Assembly (NCBI GenBank): GCA_039794085.1
Contig: JBDIWC010000047.1
Location: forward strand, 1 to 29,430
Direction: 5' to 3'
Source: Gemmatimonadales bacterium
Lineage (GTDB): Bacteria; Gemmatimonadota; Gemmatimonadetes; Gemmatimonadales; GWC2-71-9
Length of the DNA stretch: 29,430 nt
The notes beneath the pieces are model-generated. The model was not told the origin of the DNA. It saw nothing but the letters and a program-made list of their open reading frames with translations, and searched no databases. Every line of letters begins with the position of its first letter. The stretch's first letter is position 1. This document shows, one piece after another, positions 1-7,938 of the stretch. A program made the position numbers and the translations under genes.

Positions 1-13
1 CCCCCAGAGCCAA

Positions 14-97
14 CCACAAGAAGCACAAAAGGCACAAAACCTCTCCCCCCCTGGTGGCAGAGGGGCGTGCCTCTTGTGACTTCTGTGCTTTTTGTGG
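14..97. repeat. Inverted repeat with 9-nt-periodic arms (hairpin/MITE-like)
   Basis: ccacaagaagcacaaaaggcacaaaa (14-39) pairs with tcttgtgacttctgtgctttttgtgg (72-97) at 22/26 positions. Confidence 0.8.
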
Positions 98-336
98 CCA
101 TTCCCCTCGCCCGCCTGACCATCCGAATCCCCAGGGCGGGTCTCCGGAATCCGGGGCGTCCCCTCGCACCGTGCGCACAACGCCCGATCGACGTGTCTCT
201 CACCCACGCGAAACCCTGAAGAGCCCCAAGTGGGATGCCGTCACAGACGCCCCCGTCAAACGCACGGCCGGAGCGGGTGTCCGGGGGGCGCCCCAAATAT
301 TGTTGCCGTTTTGTGTTCAATCTTGTCCGTAAGGGA

Positions 337-356
337 CTATTCCCTACTCCCTACCC
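337..356. repeat. Short CCCTACT-type heptamer tandem repeat at the amidase 3' end
   Basis: ctattccctactccctaccc contains the amidase stop codon (351-353). The same heptamer recurs near 29296-29321. Confidence 0.55.
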
Positions 357-2024
357 CAGATCCACCGTCCTCAGAAAGGTCGGCGGCCGCCGCCGGGTGG
401 TGGCCTGCTCGAAGGCGTGGGCCAGCCGAAGCAGCACCCCTTCGCTGAAGGCCCGGCCGAAGAAGCTGATGCCGACAGGCAAGCCGAACACCGCGCCGGC
501 GGGCACCGTGATGTTGGGGTATCCCGCCACGGCCGCGGGAGATGAGCTTCCGCCCAGGTAGTGATCTCCGTTGATCAAATCGATCGGCCAGGCGGGGCCG
601 TTGGTCGGCGCCACGAGGGCGTCGAGCCGGTGGCGATCCATCACCGCATCGATTCCTTCGCGTCCGGCGAGCCGCTGGGAGGTCGCGAGCGCCGTTCGAT
701 AGGCGGGATCGGTGAGGGGCCCCTTGGCGGCCGCGGCGATGATGATCTCCTGCCCGAACCACGGCATCGACCGCTCGGCGTTGGCCTCGTTGAAGGCGAC
801 GAGATCAGCCATCGTCCGCAGGGAGGTGGCGGAACCGAGCGAGGCGAAGTACGCCTCGAGATCGGCCTTGAACTCGTAGAGGAGCACTTCGTATTCCGCT
901 TCATCGAACTGGCCGGCGGTGGGAATGTCGGCCGGGTCGATCAGCTCCGCCCCTCCCGCCTTCAATGCCTCCAGCGCACTCTCGAAAACCAGATCGGCCC
1001 GGGGGTGAAACCCGGAGTACTCCTTCCGGACCACGCCGATCCGGGCGCCCCGGAGGCCGGCCGGGTCCAGGAAGGGGGTGTAATCGGCCACCCCGCGACT
1101 CGCGGCCGCCTCGGTGATCGCGTCCGCCGGATCGGTTCCCACCATGGCCCCCAGGAGGATGGCGGCATCCCGAACAGTGCGCGCCATGGGGCCGGCCGTG
1201 TCCTGGCTGTGGGCGATGGGGATGATGCCGGTTCGGCTCACGAGCCCGAGGGTGGGCTTGATTCCGACCACGCCGCAGACCCCCGAGGGTGAGGTGATCG
1301 ATCCGTCGGTTTCGGTGCCGATCGTGATCGCGGCGAGGTTGCCTGCCGCCGCCGCACCGGAACCGGAGCTCGATCCCGAGGTGTTGCGATCGAGCGCGTA
1401 GGGGTTGCGGCATTGTCCCCCGAGCCCGCTCCAACCGCTGCTGCTTCGGGTGGACCGGAAGTTGGCCCATTCGCTGAGGTTGGCCTTGCCGAGCAGGATG
1501 GCGCCCGCCTCCCGCAGCCGGGACACCAGGAAGGCATCAGCGGGGGCGATCACTCCTTCGAGCGCGAGAGATCCCGCGGTGGTGGTCATCCGGTCCGCGG
1601 TGGCGATGTTCCCCTTGATCAGGATCGGGATCCCGTGCAGCGGCCCCCGGACCCGGCCATCCTTTCTTTCCTGGTCGAGCCGCGCCGCCTCCGCGAGGGC
1701 ATCGGGATTGGTCTCCAGCACGGCGCGGAGGTTCGGTCCCTCGCGGTTGACCGCGGCGATCCGGCCCAGGTACTGCTCCGTGATGGAGACGGCCGTGAGG
1801 GCCCCCGACGCCATCCGGCGTTGCAGTTCATCGACCGTGATCTCGTCGAGGGCGAAGGCGGGGGGCGCCGCCCGGGACGGATCCACGGGCGGGGCGGCGG
1901 GAGCGCACGCCGCGCCGAGTGTCGCTCCCGACGCGGCGAGGGCCCCGGCAGCGACACCCGACTTGAGGAAGCTGCGCCGGTCGAGGGAGAATGGGTCGGA
2001 AGAGGGTGAGAAGGGGGAGGGCAT
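351..2024 (-). CDS. Amidase signature family enzyme, probable Tat-exported lipoprotein
   Basis: GSSSGSG and GTETDGSI signature motifs; LHGIPILIKGN region with the catalytic Lys; N-terminal DRRSFLK twin-arginine motif followed by an LGAAC lipobox-like motif. Confidence 0.95.
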   Translation of the reverse strand: MPSPFSPSSDPFSLDRRSFLKSGVAAGALAASGATLGAACAPAAPPVDPSRAAPPAFALDEITVDELQRRMASGALTAVSITEQYLGRIAAVNREGPNLRAVLETNPDALAEAARLDQERKDGRVRGPLHGIPILIKGNIATADRMTTTAGSLALEGVIAPADAFLVSRLREAGAILLGKANLSEWANFRSTRSSSGWSGLGGQCRNPYALDRNTSGSSSGSGAAAAGNLAAITIGTETDGSITSPSGVCGVVGIKPTLGLVSRTGIIPIAHSQDTAGPMARTVRDAAILLGAMVGTDPADAITEAAASRGVADYTPFLDPAGLRGARIGVVRKEYSGFHPRADLVFESALEALKAGGAELIDPADIPTAGQFDEAEYEVLLYEFKADLEAYFASLGSATSLRTMADLVAFNEANAERSMPWFGQEIIIAAAAKGPLTDPAYRTALATSQRLAGREGIDAVMDRHRLDALVAPTNGPAWPIDLINGDHYLGGSSSPAAVAGYPNITVPAGAVFGLPVGISFFGRAFSEGVLLRLAHAFEQATTRRRPPTFLRTVDLG

Positions 2025-2129
2025 CGCGGGCTCCAGGTCCGGAGGGGGTGACGGCTGTCGGAGGATCGGTCAGGAAGGTAGCTTGCGGTCGTCGTCCCTT
2101 CCACCCGATGGTCATTCGATGCGCCCCTG

Positions 2130-2882
2130 ATGCTGCTCACCGACCCGAAGATCCAGCTCGTCATCGCCCACCGGGGTGCCTCCGATCGCGCACCCGAGAA
2201 CACACTGGACGCGTTCCGGTGTGCCCTCGAGGATGGCGCGGACGCTCTCGAGCTCGATGTCCACCTCTCCCGCGACGGTGTCCCCGTCGTCATTCACGAT
2301 CCCACTCTCGACCGGACCACCGACCGGACCGGATCGGTCGCCGCGCTCACCTGGGCCGAGATCCAGCGGGCCAACGCCGGGGCCCGCCACTCCGAGCCGG
2401 CCTGGTCCCTTCGGCAGGTCCGGGTGCCCTCCCTCGCGGAGGTGCTGGACGGAGTACGGGACCTCCCGCTGCTGATCGAGATCAAGGCCGCGGCGGCGCA
2501 GTCGGCGGTGGCCGAGGTGGTCACGCGACTCGGAGCCGCGAAGCGGGTGGTGGTCGCCGCCTTCGAGCACCGGGCCCTCGGCGGGTTCCGCGGAGGGCCG
2601 ATCGCGGTCGGGGCCTCCCGGCGGGACATCGCCCGGCTCACACTCCGGGCCCGGACCCGCCTCCCCGTCTCCCTGCCCCATGTGGCCTGTTTCGCGGTAC
2701 CCGATCAGTGGCATGGCCTCGAGATCCCCACGACCCGGGCCGTGGCCCTGGCACGGAGCAACGACGCTCCCCTCCATGTCTGGACCGTGGACGACCCGGG
2801 TCGCGCCCTCCAGCTCTGGCGCCGGGGGGTCTCAGGCATCATCACCAACCGGCCCCGGGCCATGCACGAGCTGCGGCAGTAG
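2130..2882 (+). CDS. Glycerophosphodiester phosphodiesterase family protein
   Basis: IAHRGAS..APENT, ELDVHLSRDG..VVIHD, IEIK, VWTVD and GIITNRP motifs. Confidence 0.93.
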   Translation: MLLTDPKIQLVIAHRGASDRAPENTLDAFRCALEDGADALELDVHLSRDGVPVVIHDPTLDRTTDRTGSVAALTWAEIQRANAGARHSEPAWSLRQVRVPSLAEVLDGVRDLPLLIEIKAAAAQSAVAEVVTRLGAAKRVVVAAFEHRALGGFRGGPIAVGASRRDIARLTLRARTRLPVSLPHVACFAVPDQWHGLEIPTTRAVALARSNDAPLHVWTVDDPGRALQLWRRGVSGIITNRPRAMHELRQ

Positions 2883-2886
2883 GCAG

Positions 2887-2961
2887 GAAGTTCGAAGTGT
2901 GAAGTTTGAAGTTTGAAGAGGGGAGTGGGCCTTCGAACTTCACACTTCGAACTTCAAACTT
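2887..2961. repeat. Inverted pair of GAAGTTY-type heptamer tandem repeats between convergent genes (terminator-like)
   Basis: gaagttc-gaagtgt-gaagttt-gaagttt-gaag (2887-2918) faces cttcgaa-cttcaca-cttcgaa-cttcaaa-ctt (2931-2961). Confidence 0.85.
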
Positions 2962-2962
2962 T

Positions 2963-3640
2963 TCAGCGCGGAGGCCGGGTCGCCGATGCGCGGGTCGTGC
3001 TGTCGGTGGAGAGTGCGGCCTCGGCCAGATCGCGCTGCAGAATCACTCCGGCTGGCCGCAGGAGCACCGCGCCGTCCTCGGGGATCTGCACCCGGAGTTC
3101 CCTGCCCGTGGGTGTAAGCACTGGATATTGCTTCCCCACCCGGGCCAGGAAGGGGCCGAGCAGCGACTCCGGAATGGGGAATCCGTTCACCAGCATGCGG
3201 CGAAGGATGAAACGTACCAGGCCGGGGCCGCTGTTCCCGAGGACGATTTCGGCTCGGAGGGCGGTCGTGGAGTCGAGCATCATCGAGATGGGGCCGAAGA
3301 GTGCGCGGGTTTCGGCGGGGAGATCCATGAGCCGCCCATCCACGAAGATCCTGGCGCTGTCGACCGCGACCCGGATTCCATTCGGTTCGGGCAGGGTGTC
3401 CACTCCGAGCCGGACGGCAAGATAGGAAACCCAGTCCCCCCCTTCCACCGTCGCCTCCCGCACCAGCCGATCGATGAAGACCGAGTCCACCTGCGCCGAG
3501 GCGCGAAGGACCCCCACGGCCGACAGCGGGGTCCACATGACCATCGGTCTCGAGGCCCCATCCTGAGCCACGAGGTCCGACCTGCCCGGCACCACAACGG
3601 TGCCGATCATCAGTGCGCATCCGATCCATGAGCGTCTCAT
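2963..3640 (-). CDS. Hypothetical exported protein
   Basis: Protein-like composition. ATG 3640 has an upstream GGAG and gives a signal-peptide-like N-terminus (MRRSWIGCALMIGTVVV). No family recognised. Confidence 0.7.
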   Translation of the reverse strand: MRRSWIGCALMIGTVVVPGRSDLVAQDGASRPMVMWTPLSAVGVLRASAQVDSVFIDRLVREATVEGGDWVSYLAVRLGVDTLPEPNGIRVAVDSARIFVDGRLMDLPAETRALFGPISMMLDSTTALRAEIVLGNSGPGLVRFILRRMLVNGFPIPESLLGPFLARVGKQYPVLTPTGRELRVQIPEDGAVLLRPAGVILQRDLAEAALSTDSTTRASATRPPR

Positions 3641-3732
3641 GCTGTCTCCCTGGTGCGTCGGCACCATCCTTCGTCTCCAGACAATCTATACTTCCCCACC
3701 CCGGAACCCTTCACTCCGACACCCGGAGCCCC

Positions 3733-4650
3733 ATGTCCCCTGCTTCCGCCGTTCACCTGGTCGACCTCCACTTTCAGGGTCAGGCGGAGTACATCGCCAC
3801 CGGAGTCCTCGACAGTGCGGAGGGCCCTATCCTGGTCGACCCCGGCCCGTCCAGCACACTCCTGGCCCTCGAACAGGGGCTTGCGGACCTCGGCGCCTCC
3901 TTGGAAGACGTTTCCGCCATTCTCCTGACCCACATCCACCTCGACCATGCCGGAGTGGCGGGGATCCTCGCCGAACACAGCCCGAAGCTCCGGATTCTGG
4001 TTCACCGGGCCGGTGCCCGTCATCTCCTCGACCCGTCGCGACTCCTGGCGAGCGCCACCCGCCTCTATGGGGACCAGATGGATTCTCTCTGGGGCGCCAT
4101 CCACCCGGTGCCGGAGCGGAACCTCGTCCCCCTCGACGGGGGGGAGGAGTGTGACATCGGAGGGCGCCGTTTCCGCTCGCTCGCCACCCCGGGGCACGCC
4201 GTTCATCACATGGCGTGGCTGGACGACACCACGGGGATCGCCTTCGTGGGCGATGCCACGGGAGAGCGGTTCCCCCGCACGACCATGGTCATCCCCGTGA
4301 CCCCGCCGCCGGACATCGACGTCGAGGCGATGCTCACCAGCACCGCGGCGATTCGCGACTGGCATCCCATGCACCTCTTCCTCACTCACTTCGGTCTCTA
4401 TCGCGATGTCACACGCCATCTCGACGACCACGACACCCGTCTCCGGCGGTGGAGTGCTCGAGTGGCGAAGGAAGGCGGCACTGGCCAGGACGAGCAGGCG
4501 ATGACCACCGCCTTCGCGGAGGATTTCCTCCGCGAATACACCGCACACCTTCCGCCGGGAATGCCGCCGCCGGTGCACCCCGATGGCGTCAGGGCGAGCT
4601 GGGCGGGGCTCGCACGCTATCACCGGAAGCGCGCCGAGGATCGAGGATGA
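3733..4650 (+). CDS. MBL-fold metallo-hydrolase
   Basis: THIHLDHAG motif, TPGHAVHH, FVGDA, THFG; ATG 3733 with upstream GGAG. Confidence 0.93.
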   Translation: MSPASAVHLVDLHFQGQAEYIATGVLDSAEGPILVDPGPSSTLLALEQGLADLGASLEDVSAILLTHIHLDHAGVAGILAEHSPKLRILVHRAGARHLLDPSRLLASATRLYGDQMDSLWGAIHPVPERNLVPLDGGEECDIGGRRFRSLATPGHAVHHMAWLDDTTGIAFVGDATGERFPRTTMVIPVTPPPDIDVEAMLTSTAAIRDWHPMHLFLTHFGLYRDVTRHLDDHDTRLRRWSARVAKEGGTGQDEQAMTTAFAEDFLREYTAHLPPGMPPPVHPDGVRASWAGLARYHRKRAEDRG

Positions 4651-5153
4651 GCCTCTCCGGGTCGCCCGTACCTTCGCCTCCGCCTTCGGATTCGTCGGTG
4701 GATGCCCGGATCCGCTCCCTGCGACGCCTGGCGTGGTGGATGGACTCGGCGGTGCGCATCCCCGGCACCGGGATTCGGATCGGGATCGATCCCGTGATCG
4801 GGGTGATTCCCGGTCTGGGCGACGTGACCGCCCTGGTGGTCGGTTCGCTGATCCTGGCGGAAGCCGGCCACCGGGGCGCACCTCCTGCGATCCTGGCCCG
4901 GATGCTCTGGAACCTGGCGCGCGACGCCGTGGTGGGAACCATTCCGGTGGTCGGGGACATTCATGATGTGGTGTTTCGCGCCAACCAGCGGAACATGGTG
5001 TTGCTGGAGGCATACTGTCGCGACCCCCGAGGCACCCGGGCGGCCAGTGCACGATGGATAGCGATCGTGGCACTGGGCCTGGCGCTCGTGACCGCCGCAT
5101 CGGTCGTTCTGGCTTGGATGGTTCTTCGTGCCCTGGTGACCCTGCTCGCGTAG
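4647..5153 (+). CDS. DUF4112-type membrane protein
   Basis: MDSAVRIPGTGIRIGIDPVIGVIPGLGD ... VGTIPVVGDIHDVVFRANQRN; ATGA overlap with the upstream stop. Confidence 0.88.
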   Translation: MSLSGSPVPSPPPSDSSVDARIRSLRRLAWWMDSAVRIPGTGIRIGIDPVIGVIPGLGDVTALVVGSLILAEAGHRGAPPAILARMLWNLARDAVVGTIPVVGDIHDVVFRANQRNMVLLEAYCRDPRGTRAASARWIAIVALGLALVTAASVVLAWMVLRALVTLLA

Positions 5154-5182
5154 AGATTGACAACCCCCTGGGATGGACACCC

Positions 5183-5209
5183 CCTGGGATCGCCACCCTC
5201 CAGTGTGCC
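5183..5209 (+). repeat. REP-like palindrome, degenerate copy 1
   Basis: cctgggatcgccaccctccagtgtgcc is 24/27 identical to 7054-7080. Confidence 0.7.
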
Positions 5210-5284
5210 GTGCGGGGGAGTTTATGTTGCAGCCGGACGCCCCTGGCGGCACCGAATTTCCCCATCCCCTCGCTGGAGAGTGTG

Positions 5285-6922
5285 ATGCGCAAGGTTCCCA
5301 TCGCCACCTGGTCGGAACTCCCCCCGGTCACCCCAACCCACGCCCTGGTGGCCAACGTGGACCTCGTGGTGGTCCGCTGGCCCGACGCGGAGGAGGTGTC
5401 CGTGCTCTTCGGCCGGTGCCTGCATCGCGGCGCCCTCCTGGCCGACGGGACGGTGGAGGGGGAAGACCTGATCTGTGGCGTGCATCGGTGGGATTTTCGA
5501 TTCCGTACCGGCATCAGCGCCTACAACCCCGAGGAGCAGCTTCACCGGTTCTCCGCGTGGATCGAGGCGGACCAGGTCTGGGTGGATGAGGACGAGATCG
5601 CGGCCTGGGAACGGAAACACCCCCAGCAGTTCGACCGGCATGCCTATCAGGGATCCTGGGCCGATGCCCACGGGACGCCCGAGGAGCCCCACACCGGATG
5701 GATTCGGGAGCTGGCCTCACATGGTCTCTCCCGCACCGGGCACCACGGGCGGGTGGACGCCATGGGGGTGCCGGGCCCCGAGCTTCCGCAGTGGAAGGAT
5801 CTCCAGTTCGTCACCGCCCAACTGGCCCGGGCCCCCCGGCTCGACGAGGCCCCCGTGGGGACCGACGTCGTCATTGGCCCGAGCGCCGCGAAGCCGCTGC
5901 GGCTCGCCATCCCGATTCTGGTGAGTGACATGAGCTTCGGGGCCCTCTCCGCCGAGGCGAAGATCGCCCTGGCCCGGGGAGCGGAACAGGCGGGAACGGG
6001 GATCTGTTCCGGCGAGGGGGGAATGCTCCCGGCGGAGCAGGCCGAATGCTCGCGATACTTCTACGAACTGGCCTCGGGGCGGTTCGGGTTTGCGATGGAA
6101 AAGCTGCGTCAGGTGCAGGCCTTTCACTTCAAGGGAGGCCAGGGCGCCAAGACCGGAACCGGAGGGCACCTGCCGGGACCCAAGGTGACGCCGGAGATCG
6201 CCGAGGTGCGGGGACTCCGGGCCGGGGAACCGGCGGTGTCTCCCTCCCGGTTTCCCGACTGGGACTCCCTCGATCCGATCCGGACCTTCGCCGATCAGGT
6301 GCGTGAATACACCGGAGGAATCCCGATCGGCTACAAGCTCTCGGCCCAGCACATCGAGGAGGACATCGACGCGGCGCTGGAGGTCGGGGTGGACTACATC
6401 ATCCTCGATGGGCGCGGCGGAGGCACCGGCGCGGCACCGCTACTCTTTCGCGACAACATCTCCGTCCCCACCATTCCCGCCCTGGCCCGGGCCCGTCGCC
6501 ACCTCGACCAGGCCGGGCGATCGGACGTCTCCCTCATCATCACCGGCGGCCTCCGGGTGCCGGAGGACTTTGCCAAGGCCCTCGCCCTCGGAGCGGACGC
6601 CGTGGCCGTCTCCAACAGCGCCATCCAGGCCATCGGATGCCTCGCCATGCGCGCCTGTCACACCAACAACTGCCCGGTGGGCATCGCGACCCAGAAGGAG
6701 CACCTCCGGGCCCGCCTTCCCGTGGACGAGGCGGCGGACCGACTGGCCCGATTCCTCTCCGCCTCCACCGAACTCATGCAGGTCCTGGCCCGGGCCTGCG
6801 GACACGCGCACCTCGACCAGTTCTCGGCCGGGGACCTGACGACCTGGAAACCGGAGATGGCCCTGCTGAGCGGAGTGCGCTTTGGCGGGGTGATGTCCCC
6901 CGTGCGGGAGGTGACGGCATGA
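5285..6922 (+). CDS. Rieske [2Fe-2S] domain fused to FMN-binding glutamate synthase-family domain
   Basis: Rieske ligands CLH...CGVH; MSFGALS, SGEGGM, GQGAKTGTGGHLPG, DGRGGGTGAAP; CLAMRACHTNNCPVGIATQ Fe-S motif. ATG 5285 follows GGAG. Confidence 0.92.
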   Translation: MRKVPIATWSELPPVTPTHALVANVDLVVVRWPDAEEVSVLFGRCLHRGALLADGTVEGEDLICGVHRWDFRFRTGISAYNPEEQLHRFSAWIEADQVWVDEDEIAAWERKHPQQFDRHAYQGSWADAHGTPEEPHTGWIRELASHGLSRTGHHGRVDAMGVPGPELPQWKDLQFVTAQLARAPRLDEAPVGTDVVIGPSAAKPLRLAIPILVSDMSFGALSAEAKIALARGAEQAGTGICSGEGGMLPAEQAECSRYFYELASGRFGFAMEKLRQVQAFHFKGGQGAKTGTGGHLPGPKVTPEIAEVRGLRAGEPAVSPSRFPDWDSLDPIRTFADQVREYTGGIPIGYKLSAQHIEEDIDAALEVGVDYIILDGRGGGTGAAPLLFRDNISVPTIPALARARRHLDQAGRSDVSLIITGGLRVPEDFAKALALGADAVAVSNSAIQAIGCLAMRACHTNNCPVGIATQKEHLRARLPVDEAADRLARFLSASTELMQVLARACGHAHLDQFSAGDLTTWKPEMALLSGVRFGGVMSPVREVTA

Positions 6923-7044
6923 CAGACCACCCCTCGGAACCCCGGCGGGAATGGTGCCGGGTGGCGGGCCCCGACGACCTGCCCGAGGGCCGGGTTCGCT
7001 CCGTGACCTGTGGCCTCACCACCATTTGCCTCGCCCTCAATTGA
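6919..7044 (+). pseudogene. Truncated N-terminus of a second Rieske-domain protein
   Basis: ATGA-coupled start with GGAGG RBS. WCRVAGPDDLPEGRVRSVTCGLTTICL resembles a Rieske N-terminus but stops before the C-x-H ligands. Confidence 0.7.
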
Positions 7045-7053
7045 GCGGAGACG

Positions 7054-7080
7054 CCTGGGATCGCCACGCTCCAGCGTGGC
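7054..7080 (+). repeat. REP-like palindrome, copy 2
   Basis: Perfect 8-bp hairpin GCCACGCT-cc-AGCGTGGC (7063-7080) preceded by cctgggatc. Confidence 0.75.
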
Positions 7081-7191
7081 GCACACGGAAGCCCGTATTG
7101 CACTGACCGATCCATGGCTGGTTTAACTTCGTATGGTGACAAACCGGAAGACTGCCATCACCCAGGAGTTTTGCCATGTCCTGCTCCCCCA

Positions 7192-7297
7192 TCCGTACTC
7201 GTACTCAGCGAAGCGGTACACCTACCCGTACACGGCGGTTTACCGAGGGATCGGGGAACCTCTCGGGTATGAGAACGGGTACGGGTACGAGTACGGA
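7192..7297. repeat. Inverted repeat built from GTACTC/GTACCC hexamers
   Basis: 13-bp perfect terminal IR tccgtactcgtac (7192-7204) / gtacgagtacgga (7285-7297), with further GTAC hexamer units inside. Confidence 0.8.
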
Positions 7298-7301
7298 GAG
7301 G

Positions 7302-7775
7302 GTGAGAATCCGCGCCCTGGTGTGCGCCGCCATGCTCCTCTCCCCCCCCATCCTCTCGGCCCAGAGCACGACCGACGGGATGGTGGTGCTCCGCGCGGAG
7401 CGGCCCGTGGCGGAGATCGTGTCGCGACTGAGTGCGGAGATCGCAACTCGTGGCTTGACGCTCTTTAACACCATCGATCATGCCGCCAACGCCCGAACGG
7501 TCAACGATTCGTTGCCGCCCGCCACAGTGCTTCTCTTTGGACACCCGGCGGGGGGGACCGCGCTCATGAAGTGCGAGCGCAGGATCGCCATCGATCTGCC
7601 ACTCAAGATGCTGGCCTGGGAGGATGACGCCGGCCTGACCTGGGTGGGGTACACCGATCCGGTCTGGCTCGCCTCGCATCACCGGTTGCCGGGGTGCGGC
7701 CCCGTGATCGACCGGACCCGGGGCCTGCTCGCCGCCCTGGCTCAGCACGCTGTTTCAATGAACAATGACCAGTGA
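7302..7775 (+). CDS. DUF302 domain exported protein
   Basis: IDHAANA, LLFGHPAGGTALM, IAIDLPLKMLAWED...WVGYTDP motifs; GTG 7302 after GGAGAGG gives a signal peptide. Confidence 0.88.
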   Translation: MRIRALVCAAMLLSPPILSAQSTTDGMVVLRAERPVAEIVSRLSAEIATRGLTLFNTIDHAANARTVNDSLPPATVLLFGHPAGGTALMKCERRIAIDLPLKMLAWEDDAGLTWVGYTDPVWLASHHRLPGCGPVIDRTRGLLAALAQHAVSMNNDQ

Positions 7776-7806
7776 CCTCCGATCAATGCCATCCCGAGCC
7801 CAATCT

Positions 7807-7875
7807 GTCATTCTGAGCGCAGAGCCATGAGGGACCGACGACGGGAAGTACACCTGCCACCCTCAGATCCCTCGC
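7807..7875. repeat. Degenerate GTCAT/CGTC-type palindromic element
   Basis: gtcattctgagcgcag left arm; interior gacgacgggaagtacacc identical to 24221-24238; right arm cctcagatccctcgc. Confidence 0.7.
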
Positions 7876-7883
7876 CTTCTGTC

Positions 7884-7938
7884 CATTGTTCATCGTTCAT
7901 CGTTCATCGTTCATCGTTCATTGTTCATTGTTCATTGT
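7884..7938. repeat. CATYGTT heptamer tandem repeat (about 8 units)
   Basis: Directly visible. A complementary short arm caatgaa-caatgac-cagtgac lies at 7756-7776. Confidence 0.9.

Noticed and set aside
7100..7175. Riboswitch in the less GC-rich intergenic patch
   Set aside because: GGTGATGG on the minus strand recalls a fluoride riboswitch start, but the remaining conserved elements and a suitable downstream gene are missing.
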